A stretch of DNA of 64,000 bases from Squalus acanthias (taxonomy: Eukaryota): assembly GCA_030390025.1 (NCBI GenBank), contig CM059432.1:94118001-94182000 (forward strand), read 5' to 3'. Every line of letters starts with the position of its first letter. The stretch's first letter is position 1. The position numbers and the translations under genes are program-made. This document shows, one piece after another, positions 24,340 to 38,000 of the stretch. The notes under the pieces are model-generated. The model did no database searches, was not told where the DNA came from, and saw nothing but the letters and a program-made list of their open reading frames with translations.

Positions 24340-26390
24340 TGCCCACACCACAATCTGTAACCTCATGGCCTGGCATATCCCTCACTCTACCATTAACATC
24401 AAGCCAGGCGACCTACCCTGGTTCGACGAGGAGTGTAGAGTGCATGCCAGGAGCAGCACCAGATGTACCTAAAAATGAGGTGCCAATCTAGGGAAGCTGC
24501 AACTCAGGACTACATGCATGCTACACGGTGGACGCGACATGCTATAGATAGAGCTAAGCAATCCCACAACCAACTGATCAGATCAAAACTCTGCAGTCCT
24601 GCAACATCCAGTCGTGAATGGTGATGAATAATTAAACAATGAACTGGAGGAGGAGGCTCCATGAACATCCCCATCCTCAATGATGGCGGAGCTCAGTACG
24701 TGAGTGCAAAAGACAAGGCTGAAGCGTTTGCAACCATCTTCCGCCAGAAGTGCCGAGTGGATGATCCATCTTGGCCTCCTTCTGAGGACCCCACTATCAC
24801 AGATGCCAGTCGTCAGCCAATTCGATTCACTCCACATAATATCAAGAAACCACTGAGCCCACTGGATACAGCCAAGGCTATGGGTCCCGACAACATCCCG
24901 GCTGTCATGCTGAAGACTTGTGCTCCAGACCTAGCCGTGCCTCTAACCAAGCTGTTCCAGTACAGGGAAAACACTGGCATCTACCGACAAAGAAGAAATT
25001 TGCCCAAGTATGTCCAGTCCACAAAACCAGCACAAATCTAATCTGACCAACTACCGCCCCATCAGCCTATTCTCAATTATCAACAAAGTGATTGAAGGTG
25101 TCGTCGACAGTGCTATCAAGCGGCACTTACTCACCAATAACCTGCTCACTGATGCCCAGTTTGGGTTCCGCCAAGGCCACTCTGCTCCAGACCTCATTTC
25201 AGCCTTGCTCCAAAAATGGACAAAAGAGCTGAATTCCAGAGATGAGGTGAGAGTGACTGCCCTTGACATCAAGGCAGCATTTAACAGTGTGGCATCAAGG
25301 AGCCCTATTAAAATTAAAGTCAATGGGAATCAGGGGGAAAACTCTTCACTGGCTGGAGTCATACCTAGCACAAAGGAACATGATTTGTGTTTGTTGGAGG
25401 CCAATCATCTCAGCCCCAGGACATCGCTGCAGGAGTTCCTCAGGGCAGTGTCCTAGGTGCAACCATCTTCAGCTGCTTCATCAATGACCTTCCCTCCAAC
25501 ATAAGGTCAGAAGTGGGGATGTTCGCTGATGATTGAACAGTGTACAGTCCCATTCGTAATTCCTCAGACAATGAAGCAGTCCATGCCCGCTTCCAGCAAG
25601 ACATGGACATCATCCAAGCTTGGGCTGATAAGTGGCAGGTAACATTCGCGCCACACAAGTCCCACGCAATGACTATCTCCAACAAGAAGGAGCCTAACCA
25701 CCTCCCTTGACATTCAGTGGCATCACCATTGTGGTGGTCACCGTTGACCAGAAACGTAACTGGACCAGCCACATAAATACTGTGGTTATAAGAGCAGGTC
25801 AGAGGTTCGGTATTCTGCGATGAGTGACTCCACTCCTGACTCCCCAAAGCCTTTCCACCACCTACAAGGCACAAGTTTGGAGTGCGATGGAATACTTTCC
25901 ACTTGCCTGGATGAGTGCAACTCTGACAACACTCAAGAAGCTCAACACCATCCAGGACAAAGCAGCCTGCTTGATTGGCACCCCTTCCACCACCCTAAAC
26001 AGTCACTCCCTCCACCCTGCACAACGTGGCTGCAGTGTGTACCATCTACAAGATGCACTGCAGCAACTCTCCAAAGCTTCTTTGGCAGCACATACCAAAC
26101 TTGCAACCTCTACCACCAAGAAGGACAAGGTCAGCAGGTGCATTGAAACACCAGCACCTCCAGTTCCCCTCCAACTCTCACCATCCTGACTTGGAAATAT
26201 ATCGCTGTTTCTTCATCGTCGCTGGCTCAAAGTCCTGGAACTCCCTACTTAACAGCACTGGGAGTACCTTCACCTCATGGACTGCAGCGGTTCAAAAAGG
26301 TGGCTCACCACCACCTTCTCGAGGGCAATTAGATATGGGCAATAAATTCTGGACTTGCCAGCGACGTACACATCCCATGAATGAATACAT
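24340..26390 (+). mobile_element. LINE family 2 (CR1/L2-group), 5'-truncated RT through 3' end
   Basis: [32 protein letters not shown] and FADD motifs; 3' end catcccatgaatgaat. Confidence 0.88.
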
Positions 26391-26429
26391 TTTTTCAAAA
26401 AATCACTGACACAGGTATGCCTTTCGGTC

Positions 26430-26700
26430 ACAATATTACAGCTGAGGTTAATGGTGTGCCTGTCCTTGGGTGCAATGCAGTGGACCCGAGGATTCCATCT
26501 CCCTCCGGCCACTGTCTGCATTTGAACCAAACTGTCCCCAACCTCGGTGTCCTATTTGACTCCAGGCTGAGCTTATGATGCCACATCCTCTCTATCACAA
26601 AGACCGCCTATTTCCACCTCCATAACATCGCCTGTCTCTGCCTATCTGCTGCTGACACCCTCATCCGTGCCTTTGCCACCTCCAGGCTCAATAATTCTTA
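26430..26700 (+). mobile_element. Old L2 LINE fragment
   Basis: NLGVLFD..L, HI..ITKTAYFHL.NI and TLI.AF.TSRL motifs. Confidence 0.75.
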
Positions 26701-27595
26701 TTTAATACACTTTGAAATATTAGGAAATATCTAACCGAGTAACACAAAAGACCAGTCCATTTAGTCTGCCCTTCCAAACCTGCCAACCAGTTCCTTGCTG
26801 TGATTCTAGATTTAATAGACCTGAATCTTAATTGCTAAGAGGAATTCATCCAGTCCTTTAAGAAAAATTATTATATTCTGCTGCACCATCCTTCCTGGTA
26901 ATCTCATCCACCTGGTACTTGTAAATCTGGGCAATATTTGTTTTTCTTTTGACACTACTCCCTGAATCTTGTGCCAGCAGAAGAATTTTCTTGGATATAA
27001 TCTCCATCCCCCTCAAGACTGCCAATAACTCTCCCCTCATCCTCCTATTTGGACAGTAGTCCCAGGGTAGATTATCTTTCTTTGTAACCCTGCCCTCTTA
27101 AATTCAGGAATCTGCACTAGCCTGGTACCACTATGCTGGTTCAGCCAGGGGTGCAAATTTTTCTGTACCATTTCAAAAGAAAAGTTAGTTTTAACTTTTC
27201 AAGTACTCATTCTTGAGCACAAACCTGAGGAGAGGAGATGGTGAGAAAGTGTTATGGTTCTGCATTTTCAGCATACAGTGTACATAATGAAAGCTGTGCA
27301 ACTGCTGTGGTAAGTGTTGCCTGTAAATTAGCAATGCAGCTCGAAATTTTATAATAATTAAAGGTGGTTTAATGTTTTTTTTAGGGATGTTCAATTATTG
27401 TTTAGGTGGATATTTTAAGAGAGGTAAGAAGCGGTTTGTGTAAACATTGGAGACTGTCGTGAGGGGTGAAAGGGCTGTTTGTTTAAATAGTCTATTAAAA
27501 TTTACAAATGTTAAGTTTATTTTTTTGACAAATGTATCCTTGGCAGTAGTGGAGTAAGAAATGTATTCACAAGTGAACTGTTTCTCATTTCCCAG

Positions 27596-27765
27596 AGCTG
27601 TGTCAGCACTACAACAGTGTAAAAGCAAAGTGGATGCCATCCTAGAGGGAAAACCTCTAAATCTGCTATTCCAGGGAATAGGACAATTTCACGGCCAGGT
27701 TCTGTTTGCAAAACTGTCAGAAGATATGAGCGATAAAGTAGTATCTACCCTGAGAGCAGTGGCTG
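27596..27765 (+). CDS. AKAP7-like: AKAP7-like exon, 170 nt (KAVSALQQCKSKVDAILEGKPLNLLFQGIGQFHGQVLFAKLSEDMSDKVVSTLRAVA)
   Basis: Acceptor tttctcatttcccag and donor G|gtcagt; LEGKPLNLLFQGIGQF matches AKAP7 LQGKHLTLPFQGIGTF. Confidence 0.93.
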
Positions 27766-28448
27766 GTCAGTACAAGATTCACAGACTGATCTAATTGTTA
27801 TTGTCTTGAACCCTATTTGATAAACCTATTTGCCTAATAACAAATTGTATAACTTAAAGTGAGAGGCTGTAAACTTGAGTACTGCACATTTCTGTAAATC
27901 TTTCATGAAAGTAGGGATGTGATCGAAGACGAGGTTAAGACTTCCCAATATTTGTATAGCTTGTACAAGCAGAATTAGCTTCTGTAAACCATTAAAGAGG
28001 TTGTATGTACCCTTCCCTTTTAGCTCTCGTTAGCAAAATAAATTGGATACGTCTTCCCCTAATCACTTAGCTGAAAGTGATTCCCTGTTTCCAACAATAC
28101 CAAAGAGCCAGTTGGACTTTTACCTGCTGGACGTCTGCACATAGCTAATGTGATTTAATTACAGGAAAAGGTGCATCGCAATGTGGTTCTGAATACCAAG
28201 TCTCCTCCTTAGAACATAAGAAATAAGAGCAGAAGGCGGCCATACGGCCCCTCGAGCCTGCTCCGCCATTCAATAAGATCATGGCTGATCATCGACCTGA
28301 ACTCCACTTTCCTGCCCGATCTCCATATCCCTTGATTCCCCATGAGTCCAAAAATCTATCTATCTCAGCCTTGAATATACTCAATGACTCAGCATTCACA
28401 GCCCTCTGGGGCAGAGAATTCCAAAGATTCACAACCCTCTGAGTGAAA

Positions 28449-30079
28449 CATAGAAAAATCGGAGCAGGATTAGGCCCTTCGAGCCTGCTCCGCCATTCAA
28501 TATGATCATGGCTGATCCTCTATCTCAATAACATATTCTCGCTCTCACCCCATACCCCTTGATGCCTTTTGTGTCTAGAAATCTATCGATCTCCTTCTTA
28601 AATATATTCAGTGACTTGGCCGCCACAGCCTTCTGTGGTAGAGAATTCCACAGGTTCACCACCCTCTGAGTGAAGAAATTTCTCCTCATCTCAGTCCTAA
28701 ATGTCCTACCCCGTATCCTGAGACTGTGATCCCTCGTTCTAGATCCCCCAGCCAGGGGAAACATCCTCCCAGCATCCAGTCTGTCGAGCCCTGTCAGAAT
28801 TTTATACGTTTCAATGAGATCCCCTCTCATTCTTCTAAACTCTAGTGAATACAGGCCTAGTCGACCCAATCTCTCCTCATATGACAGTCCTGCCATCCCA
28901 GGAATCGGTCTGGTGAACCTTCGCTGCACTTCCTCTACGGCAAGTATATCCTTTCTTGGGTAAGGAGACCAAAACTGCACACACTACTCCAGGTGTGGTC
29001 TCACCAAGGCCCTGTACAACTGCAGTAAGACATCCTTGCTCCTGTACTCAAATCCTTTTGCAATGAAGGCCAACCTACCATTTGCCTTCCTAACTGCTTG
29101 CTGCACCTGCATGTTTGATTTCAGTGACTGGTGTACAAGGACACCCAGGTCCCTTTGTACATCAGTATTTCCCAATCTATCACCATTTAAATATTACTCT
29201 GCCTTTCTGTTTTTCCTACTGAAGTGGATAACTTCACATTTATCCACGTTATACTGCATCTGCCATGTATTTGCCCACTCACTCAACTTGTCTAAATCGC
29301 CTTGAAGCCTCTTTGCATCCTCCTCACAACTCACAATCCCACCTAGTTTCGTGTCATCAGCAAACTTGGAAATATTACATTTGGTTCCCTCATCCAAATC
29401 ATTGATATATATTGTGAATAGCTGGGGCCCAAGCACTGATCCCTGCGGTACCCCACTAGTCACCGCCTGCCACCCTGAAAAAGACCCATTTATTCCTACT
29501 CTCTGTTTCCTGTCTGTTAACCAATTTTCAATCCATGCCAGTATATTACCCCCAATCCCATGTGCTTTAATTTTGCACACTAACCTCTTATGTGGGACTT
29601 TATCAAAGGCCTTCTGAAAATCCAAATACACCACATCCACTGGTTCTCCCTTATCTATTCTACCAGTTGCATTCTCAAAAAACTCCAGTAGGTTTGTCAA
29701 ACACGATTTCCCTTTCATAAATCCATGTTGACTTTGTCTAATCCCGTTGATATTTTCTAAGTGTCCTGTTATCACATCCTTTATAATAGACTCTAGCATT
29801 TTCCCTACTACTGATGTGTGGCTAACCGGTCTGTAGTTCCCTGTTTTCTCTCTCCCTCCATTTGTAAATAGTGGGGTTACATTTGCCACCCTCCAATCTG
29901 CAGGAACTGTTCCATAATCTATAGAATTTTGGAAGATGACAACCAATGCATCCACTATTTCCATGGCTACCTCTTTTAGTACTCTGGGATGCAGATTATC
30001 AGGCCCTGGGGATTTATCAGCTTTCAGTCCCATTAATTTCTCCAGCACTATTTTTTTACTAATACTAATTTCCTTTAAT
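28449..30079 (-). mobile_element. Younger nested CR1 (RT through 3' end)
   Basis: Long ORF 29194-30048 with FADD; its own 3' tail at 28449. Confidence 0.9.
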
Positions 30080-33000
30080 TCCTCATCTCAGTCTTAAATG
30101 GCCTGCCCCTTATCCTGAGACTATGCCCCCTAGATTTAGATGCTCCAGCCAGGGGAAAACAACCTCTCAGCATCTACCCTGTCAATCCCCTTCAGAATCT
30201 TGTATGTTTCAATGAGATCACCTCTCATTCTTCTAAACTCCAGAGAGTGTAGGCCCATTCTACACAATCTCTCATCATAGGACCGCCCTCTTATCCCAGG
30301 AATCAATCATTGCACCGCCTCCAAGTATATATATATATATATCCTTCCTTCGATAAGAAGACCAAAACTGTGCACAGTACTCCAGGTGTGGTCTCACCAA
30401 GGCCCTGTACAATTGTAGCAAGACTTCCTTACTTTTATACTCCAACCCGCTTGCAATAAAGGCCAACATGCCATTTGCCTTCCTTATTGCTTGCTGTACC
30501 TGCATGCTAGCTTTCTGTATTTCTTGCACGAGGACACCCAAATCTCTCAATGCCAACATTTGAAAGTTTCTCACCATTTATAAAATATTCTGTTTTTCTA
30601 TCCTTCCTACCAAAATGAATATCCTCACATTTCCCTACATTATCCTCCATCTACCACCTTACTGCCCACTCACTCAGTCTATCTATATCCCTTTGCAGAC
30701 TCTGTGTTCTCCTCACAACTTACTGTCCCACCTAGCTTTGTATCATCCGTAAACTTGGATACATTACACTCGGTCCCTTCATCTAGGTCATTAATATAGA
30801 TTGTAAATAGCTGAGGCCCCAACACTGATCCTTGCGGCACCCCACTAGTTACAGCCTGCCAACCTGAAAAAGATCCGTTTATCCCTACTCTCTGTTTTCT
30901 GTCCGTTAACCAATCCTCTATCCATGCTACTATATTATCCCCAACCCCGTGAGCCCTAATCTTGTGTAATAACCTTTTATGTGGCACCTTATCGAATGCC
31001 TTTTGGAAATCCAAATATACTACATCCGCTGGTTCCCCTTTATCTACCCTGCTAGTTACATCCTCAAAAAACTCTAATAAATTTGTCAAACATGATTTCC
31101 CTTTCATAAAACCATGTTGACTCTGCCTAATAATGTTATGATTTTCTAAGTGCTCTTATGCCACTTCCTTAACAATGGATTCCAGCATTTTCCCGACGAC
31201 TGATGTCAGGCTAACTGGCTTGTAGTTCCCTATTTTTTTCTCTCCCTCCTTTCTTGAATAGCGGTGTTACATTTGCGACCTTACAATCCGCTGGGACCAT
31301 TCTAGAATCTAGGGAATTTTGGAAGATCAAAACCAATGCAACCACTATCTCTTCAGCCACCTCTTTTAGAACCCTAGGATGTAGGCCGTCAGGTCATGGG
31401 GATTTGTTGGCTTTTATTCCCTTTAGCTTCTCTAGTACTTTTTCTCTACTTATATTAATTACATTAAGTTCCTGACCCTTGGTTCCCCACCATTTTTGGT
31501 ATGCTTTTTGTGTCTTCTACTGTGAAGACAGATACAAAATATTTGTTTAACGTTTCTGCCATTTCCTTATTCCCCATAATAATTTCTCCTATCCCAGCCC
31601 CTAAGGGACCAACGTTTACTTTTGCTACTCTCTTCCTTTTTACATACTTGTAGAAGCTCTTACAATCTTTTATATTTCTTGCTAGTTTTCTCTCATTCTA
31701 TTTTTTCCCTTTTTATCAATTTTTTGGTCAACCTTTGCTGGTTTCTGAAACTCTCCCAATCCTATTATTCTTTAACATTATAAGCTGCTTCTTTCAATCT
31801 AATGCTATCCTTAACTTCTTTAGTTTGCCACGGTTGGATCACTTTTCCCGTGAAGTTTTTGTTTCTCAATGGAATGTATTTTTGTTGAGAATTATGAAAT
31901 ATTTCTTTAAATGCTAGCCACTACTTATCTACCACCATACCCTTTAATCTATTTTTCCAATCTACCTTAGCCAACTTGCCCCTCATACCTATGTATTTGG
32001 CTTTATTTAAGTTTAAGACTCTAGTTTCGTACTTAGGCAAGTCACTCTCAAAATTAATGTGAAATTCTATCATGTTATGATCACTCTGCCCCAGAGGATC
32101 CTTTACTATGAGATTGCTAATTAACCCTGTCTCATTACACAGTACAAGATATAAAATAGCCTGTTCCCTGGTTAGTTCCATGACACATTGTTCTAGGAAA
32201 CTGTCCCGAATGCATCCATGAACTCGTCCTCCAGACTACCTTTGCCAATTTGATTTGTTCAGTCTATATGAAGATTAAAGTCCCACAAGATTAGTGCATT
32301 ACCTTTGATGCAAGCTCCTACTATTTCTTGATTAATATTCTGTCCAACGGTGCAGCTACTGTTAGGGGGGCCTATATACTACTCCTACCAGTGTTTTCTG
32401 CCCCTTGTTATTCCTTATCTCCACCCATACTGATTGTACTTCCTGAGCTTCCGAGGCAAGGTACTTTCTAGCTACTGTCCTTATGTCATCCTTTATTATC
32501 AGGGCTACTCCCCCTCCTTTTCCATTCTGCTTGTCTTTTCGAAACGTCAAGTACCCTGGAACATTTAGTTCCCAACCTTGGCCACCTTGCAACCATGTCT
32601 CTGTAATGGCTATTAGATCAAATCTATTTATCTCTATTTGTGCCACGAGTTCGTCTGTCTTGTTACGAATGCTTCATGCACTTAGATAAAATGCCTTTAA
32701 TTTTTTTACCATTATTCCCTGCTTTGACTTTATTCTCTGCTGCACTGCTACTGTTAAACTCACTGTCCCTTCCTGTCACACTCTGCTTACTTTTACCCAA
32801 ATCGCTACACTGTTCTATTGCCTTGACCTTTCTCTTTAGATTTCTAAATTTCCCCTCACCTGACCCCCTTCCCCACCCCCCTTTTTTAGTTTAAAGCCCT
32901 ATCTATAGCCCTAGTTATTCGATTCGCCAGGATGCTGGTCCCAGCCCGGTTTAAGTGGAGCCCGTCTCGACGGAACAGCTCCCTCTTTCCCCAGTACTGG

Positions 33001-33704
33001 TGCCAGTGCCCCATGAATTGAAACCCCTTTTTCCCACACCACTCTTTGAGCCACGCATTTAACTCTCTGATCTGCTTGACCCTATGCGAATTTGCACGTG
33101 GCTCAGGTAGTAATCCAGAGATTATTACCCTTGTGGTTCTGCTTATTAATTTAGACCCTAGCTCCTCAAACTCCCTCAGCAGAACCTCATTGTTAGTTCT
33201 ACCTATGACATTGGTTCCTACATGGACCACGACAACTGGATCTTCCCCTCCCACTCCAAGTTGTTCTCCAGCCGTGAGGAGATATCCTTAACCCTGGCAC
33301 GAGGCAGGCAACACAGCCTTCGGGACTCTATCGTGGCCGCAGAGAACTGTATCTATCCCCTTGACTATACTGTTCCCTACTACTACCACATTCCATCCTT
33401 CTCCCCTCACTCGGATGGCCCCCTGTACCACAGTGCCATGGTCAGTTTGCCCATCCTCCCTGCACTCCTTTTCCTCATCCGTACAGGTAGAAAGTACTTC
33501 GTACCTGTTGGACAAGGTCCAGGGCTGAGGCTCCTCCATCACTACATCCTGGGTCTCCATACCTTCCTGACTCGCAGTCACACCCTCCTGTCCCTGACCA
33601 CTGACTAACTCTAAAGTACTACTTAACCTAAAGGGTGTGACTGCCTCCTGGAACAAAGTGTCCATGTAACAGGTGACGTCACTCTTTAACGTTGTTTTTG
33701 AATC

Positions 33705-33880
33705 GGAGCCTCGGCGCTGCCGCTGCTTTAATTCAGGTCCGCTCTCAGGCTGCTCTTTATCCTCTCGCCGCTGCTTTAATTCAGGTCCACTCTCGGGCCG
33801 CTCTTTATCCTCTCGCCGCTGCCGCTGTTTTAATTCAGGTCTGCTCTCGGGCTGCTCTTTATCCTCTCGCCGCTGCCGCA
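33705..33880 (-). repeat. Tandem repeat of 48-54 bp units (about 3.5 copies) at the CR1 5' end
   Basis: Repeated cgctgctttaattcaggtccgctctc.ggctgctctttatcctctcgc. Confidence 0.9.
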
Positions 33881-33894
33881 CAGTAGAGTGTGCT

Positions 33895-34290
33895 ACCACT
33901 CCAGGGACTTGGCACGTAATCTAAGCTGACACTTCAATGCAGTACTAAGGGAGTGGTGCACTGTCGGAGATGCCGTCTTTCGGATGAGACATTAAACCGA
34001 GGCCCTGTCTACCCTCTCGGGTGGACATAAAAGATCCCATGGCACTATTTTGAAGAAGAGCAGGGGAATTCTCCCAGTGTCCTGGCCAATATTTATCCCT
34101 CAACCAACAACACTAAATCAGATTATCTGGTCCTTACTTCATTGCTGTTTGTCGGACCTTGCTGTCTATGAATTGGCTGTCACGTTGCCTACATTGCAAC
34201 AGTGACTCACTTCATAAAGTGCTTCATTGGCTGTAAAGCACCTAGGGTTGTCCTGAGGGTGTGAAAGGCGCATATTAAATGCAAGTGTAA
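33895..34290 (+). mobile_element. DeuSINE (SacSINE1/AmnSINE1-like), head truncated
   Basis: Deu-domain-like core gatcccatggcactattttgaagaagagcagggga...gtcctggccaatatttatccctcaa and an L2-like tail; family name from recall. Confidence 0.8.
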
Positions 34291-35035
34291 CTTTTCTCTC
34301 TCTCCTAATTTGTATATAATCTAACCATGTGTAACTGTAGCCAAAAGAACAATTTGCAATACAGTTTCTCAGCCTTTTCCTTTCCACTCCGGCTTTCTTT
34401 TCTACTTTGTTGTGTAGGTTTTAACTTTTTTTCTTTGTTGTCTTAAACTTTCACAAATGAGCTATTCAGTTAAGAAGCATCACCGTCGAGTCTGACCCTG
34501 TCTTTTCATACGCACGCACACGCATGAACGTATGTACACGAGCTCTCACTTCTAGAAGGGGTCATTTAGATGGAGATAAAGAAAGGAAGGCCTGGCTTTT
34601 TTTTTCTTTCATCCCTTCCTTCCCACATTCTCCCAAAAAAGGGGTGCTGGGGCTAATTGTTACTTGCTATAGCCCTGACAGAGATCCAGTCAACTTGGCA
34701 CAGACCAGGGATCAAACCTTTTGGTCTGCATGATTTAACAACTTGCTGAGCTTTTTTAAAAAAAAAGTTAGAATTAAAGAAGCAAAGTTGTAGAACTTGT
34801 CTCTTCTCCCACCCTTGCCCCCTTCCATTGTAACTAGTCTTCCCCCTTTAGATTGCAGAATTACTTCCAAGTACAAGGAGCTCGAATATGTTGGAATTCC
34901 TTGTGTTCAATTTTACCTACCAATGCTAAATTATATATTTACTTTGTCTATTCCTTGTATTATCCCAGTAATTCTGTTATACATTTTCAGGGCTATTATA
35001 TTCCTTTAAGTGAGGGGGCCAGAATTGCACATATT

Positions 35036-38000
35036 GGCCGGAATTTTTACCTTCGTGGCGTGCTGGCAGCGGGGGAGCCCTGGATTGCATGGGGAATCCG
35101 GATGTTGAAGCGGCATGTTATGCGGTGGCTTTTTAATGAAGCCGCTGCATTTGAATCTGACTTCCAGGTTTCCCAACCAATTAACGGGAGCAGGCGTGAT
35201 GACGTCTCGCGTGGGTCCAATTCGGCTCTGGTATTTAAAGGAGCAATGCACAGATGAGAGTTGAAGGTTGGTGGAGGTGCAAGTGGTTGGTGGGGAAGAG
35301 AGTGGTTTGTGTGGATAGTGATTTGCTTGTTGGTAAAGACATTTATATTGCTGGAGAATAAAAAATGCAGGCTCAGCACCAAGGGGCTGGATTTTGTCAA
35401 TGGGGAGCTTTTGGAGGCGGGACTCCCACTTGACAGGTTTTAGTCCCGCCTCCATCGACTTGTGGCTAACCCACGCTATTTTCCCTTGATTGACCTTGTT
35501 AAGCCCGGCCAGCGGGCTTAGGCCAATTAAGGGAAAGCCGGTTACAGGTGACGTCAGCGAGTGACGTTTCATCCGTCGAGCTTTTGACAGATGAAATGTC
35601 AGTGTTTGACGGCTCTGTGAAGCTGTCAAACACTGACAGTCTGTCCTCTAAGTTGAGTCCTTCCACTCAGGCTCAGTTAGAGAGCGTTCCTGGGCAGAAA
35701 GCAGAAGGCTGCAGCTTTTGACAGTTCAGCGGCCATTCTGCTTTCTGTGCCGGTGAGCTGAGGGACTCCTGAGATCTGAAGGGAGGAAGCCTGCAGGAAG
35801 AAGTAAAGGTAAGTAAAACTTATTAAAACACTTTATATATACACACACCTCACACACTTACCTCTCCACACTTGCACTCATCACTCACCTGCACACCGGA
35901 CATCTCGGCCCCTCCGACCCCCGCAGACCGACAGCCCGCCTCGCTGACCCTGGCGAGGTTTGGAGCCATCGGGAAGCCCACACGTCAGGGCTGAAAATAG
36001 GGATTCTCAAAAAAAACTGCCTGTTAACTACTGTTAATTGGCACTAATCCCCTTCCCGCCTCGGGGAGGCGGCTCCCAGTGCGGGTCGGGTACCCGCCTC
36101 CTGGGAAGATGGCTTGGGGGCGGGATGGGTACCCACCCCCAGATTCTGCCATTTTCCGGGCAGTCCCGCCTCTTTACCCACCTCTCCAGGGCTGGCAAAA
36201 TCGCCCCCAAGGAGTTGGGGCCCGTAGTGAGGTCCCAGTCCCTGCTGACAGGAGGAAGAGGCCAACTGCCGAGACTAAGACGGCATGGCTGGAGATAGCA
36301 GCAGGAGTGTGGTAGCCAGGTTGTGGATACAGTGCAGGAAGCACTTTAATGACCTCATGAGGGCAGGAAAGGTGAGTACAGTGCCACATTCAACTTCATC
36401 TTGATGTGCGTGTCACTCCAACCCCATCACTCTGCCTTCCCAAGCCTATTCCTGCACATCACTCCTCACACCAACCTACCTTGCAAGGTGCACCCATCCG
36501 TCTCTATCAGTGCACTTACTCACATCCCCATCTGACCATCCACCACAGAGACTCCCCCTCATCTTAATGCAATGTCACGCCTCTCCCTCATAGTCACCCT
36601 CTACAGATGTTGCCCATCCGTCCCTTCCACTCATTCAAAGCTCTCACTCAAAGGTCTCTTGTTTCCCTCCTTGCAAGAGAAGAGAGCACAGAACAGCCGG
36701 GAGAGGCAGAGAACCGGAGGTGGCCCTCCAGTCATCGCAACACTGACTGCTGCAGAGGAGGAAGCGCTGGAGGTCAGCGGAGTTGCTGGCGCTGGGAGAT
36801 GGAGAAACGGGAAGCTCCCAGCGACCTGGTGACAGAATTAAATATTACACAGCCACATGGCATACAACAGTCACTCATGTTGACTTGATGTCAGCAGCCA
36901 GTGAAATATAATCATGTGCATAATGGTCACTTAAAACATTCTTATCATGACAGTTCTAATTCAAGTCTTTACTCTCCCACAGGCCCATCAAGTGTCCCCC
37001 AGAAAGTCCAGGCAGAGGAGGAATAAGACTTCACAGAGGAGGTTGTGGACTCTGAGGGTGCACTATCACAGGACCCATGCACACCAGCACCAGTGCATAT
37101 ATAAACACGTCGGTGGGACCAGTAAGTCAGAAAGTAGTGTTGTCACCTGATGTCTCTCACATCACCTGTGAGCAGGAGCAGTTGGTACAGACAGGGACAA
37201 CAGTGGAGAGTCCTCATTGGAGGGTTTAGGACACTCCAAGCTCTGCTCAGCTGGACGAAGATGCTGAACCTCGGGCACCGTCGACAAAGAGGATGATTCT
37301 GGGGGAACAACAAAAAATGCATGAACCTCTGGCAGGATTTCCCTGGCTGGTTCGTATGAAGATCTCCTCCAGATCTGTGCAGGCATCTGAAGCGCATCTT
37401 CAGCATCCCGATTGCTTTCTCTATTACACATCTCGTTGTTATTTGGCTTTGATTGTAGCGCTCTTTGGCCTCATTACTTGGCCTCCTCAGAGTGTCATCA
37501 ACCATGTCTGCAGTGGATACTCCTTGTCTCCAAGCAGCCAGCCGTAAGTCTGGTCAGAGGTGCGAAGAGCTGAGGGAGGGTGGACTGGTGAATGAATCAT
37601 GACAGCTCCCTGGGAGTCCGGCGCACACATGCATGATTATCTTTTTGTGGTTGCAGTCAAGCTGCACATTGATGGAGTGGAAGCCCTTACGGTTCACGAA
37701 CACGCCTGCATGATCTGAGGGTGCCATGACGGCCACATGTGTGCAGTCGATGATGCCCTGCACCTGTGGGAAGCCAGCCAGGGCAGCAAAACCGAGCGCC
37801 CACTCATTCTGACTGGCTTCATCGGTTGCAAAGTGTACGTAAATGCCTGCCCTGGCAAACATGGCAATCAGTCACCTGGGTGTTGCATTTGTGGGCATCT
37901 GACTGCGAGATCCTGCAAATATCTCCTGCAGATCCCTGGAAGGAGCCTGAAGCGAAGAAGTTGAGGGCGGTGGTCACTTTGACAGCCACCGGTAACGCGT

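Larger units (their letters stand above)
28210..33880 (-). mobile_element. Near full-length CR1 (5' tandem monomers, partial ORF1 with SGNH esterase, ORF2, tail), split by a younger CR1 at about 28449-30079
   Basis: Esterase motifs VVVGNSIV, VVVHVGTN and DGLHLN; APE and RT motifs; the 3' sequence at 28448 resumes at 30080. Confidence 0.9.
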
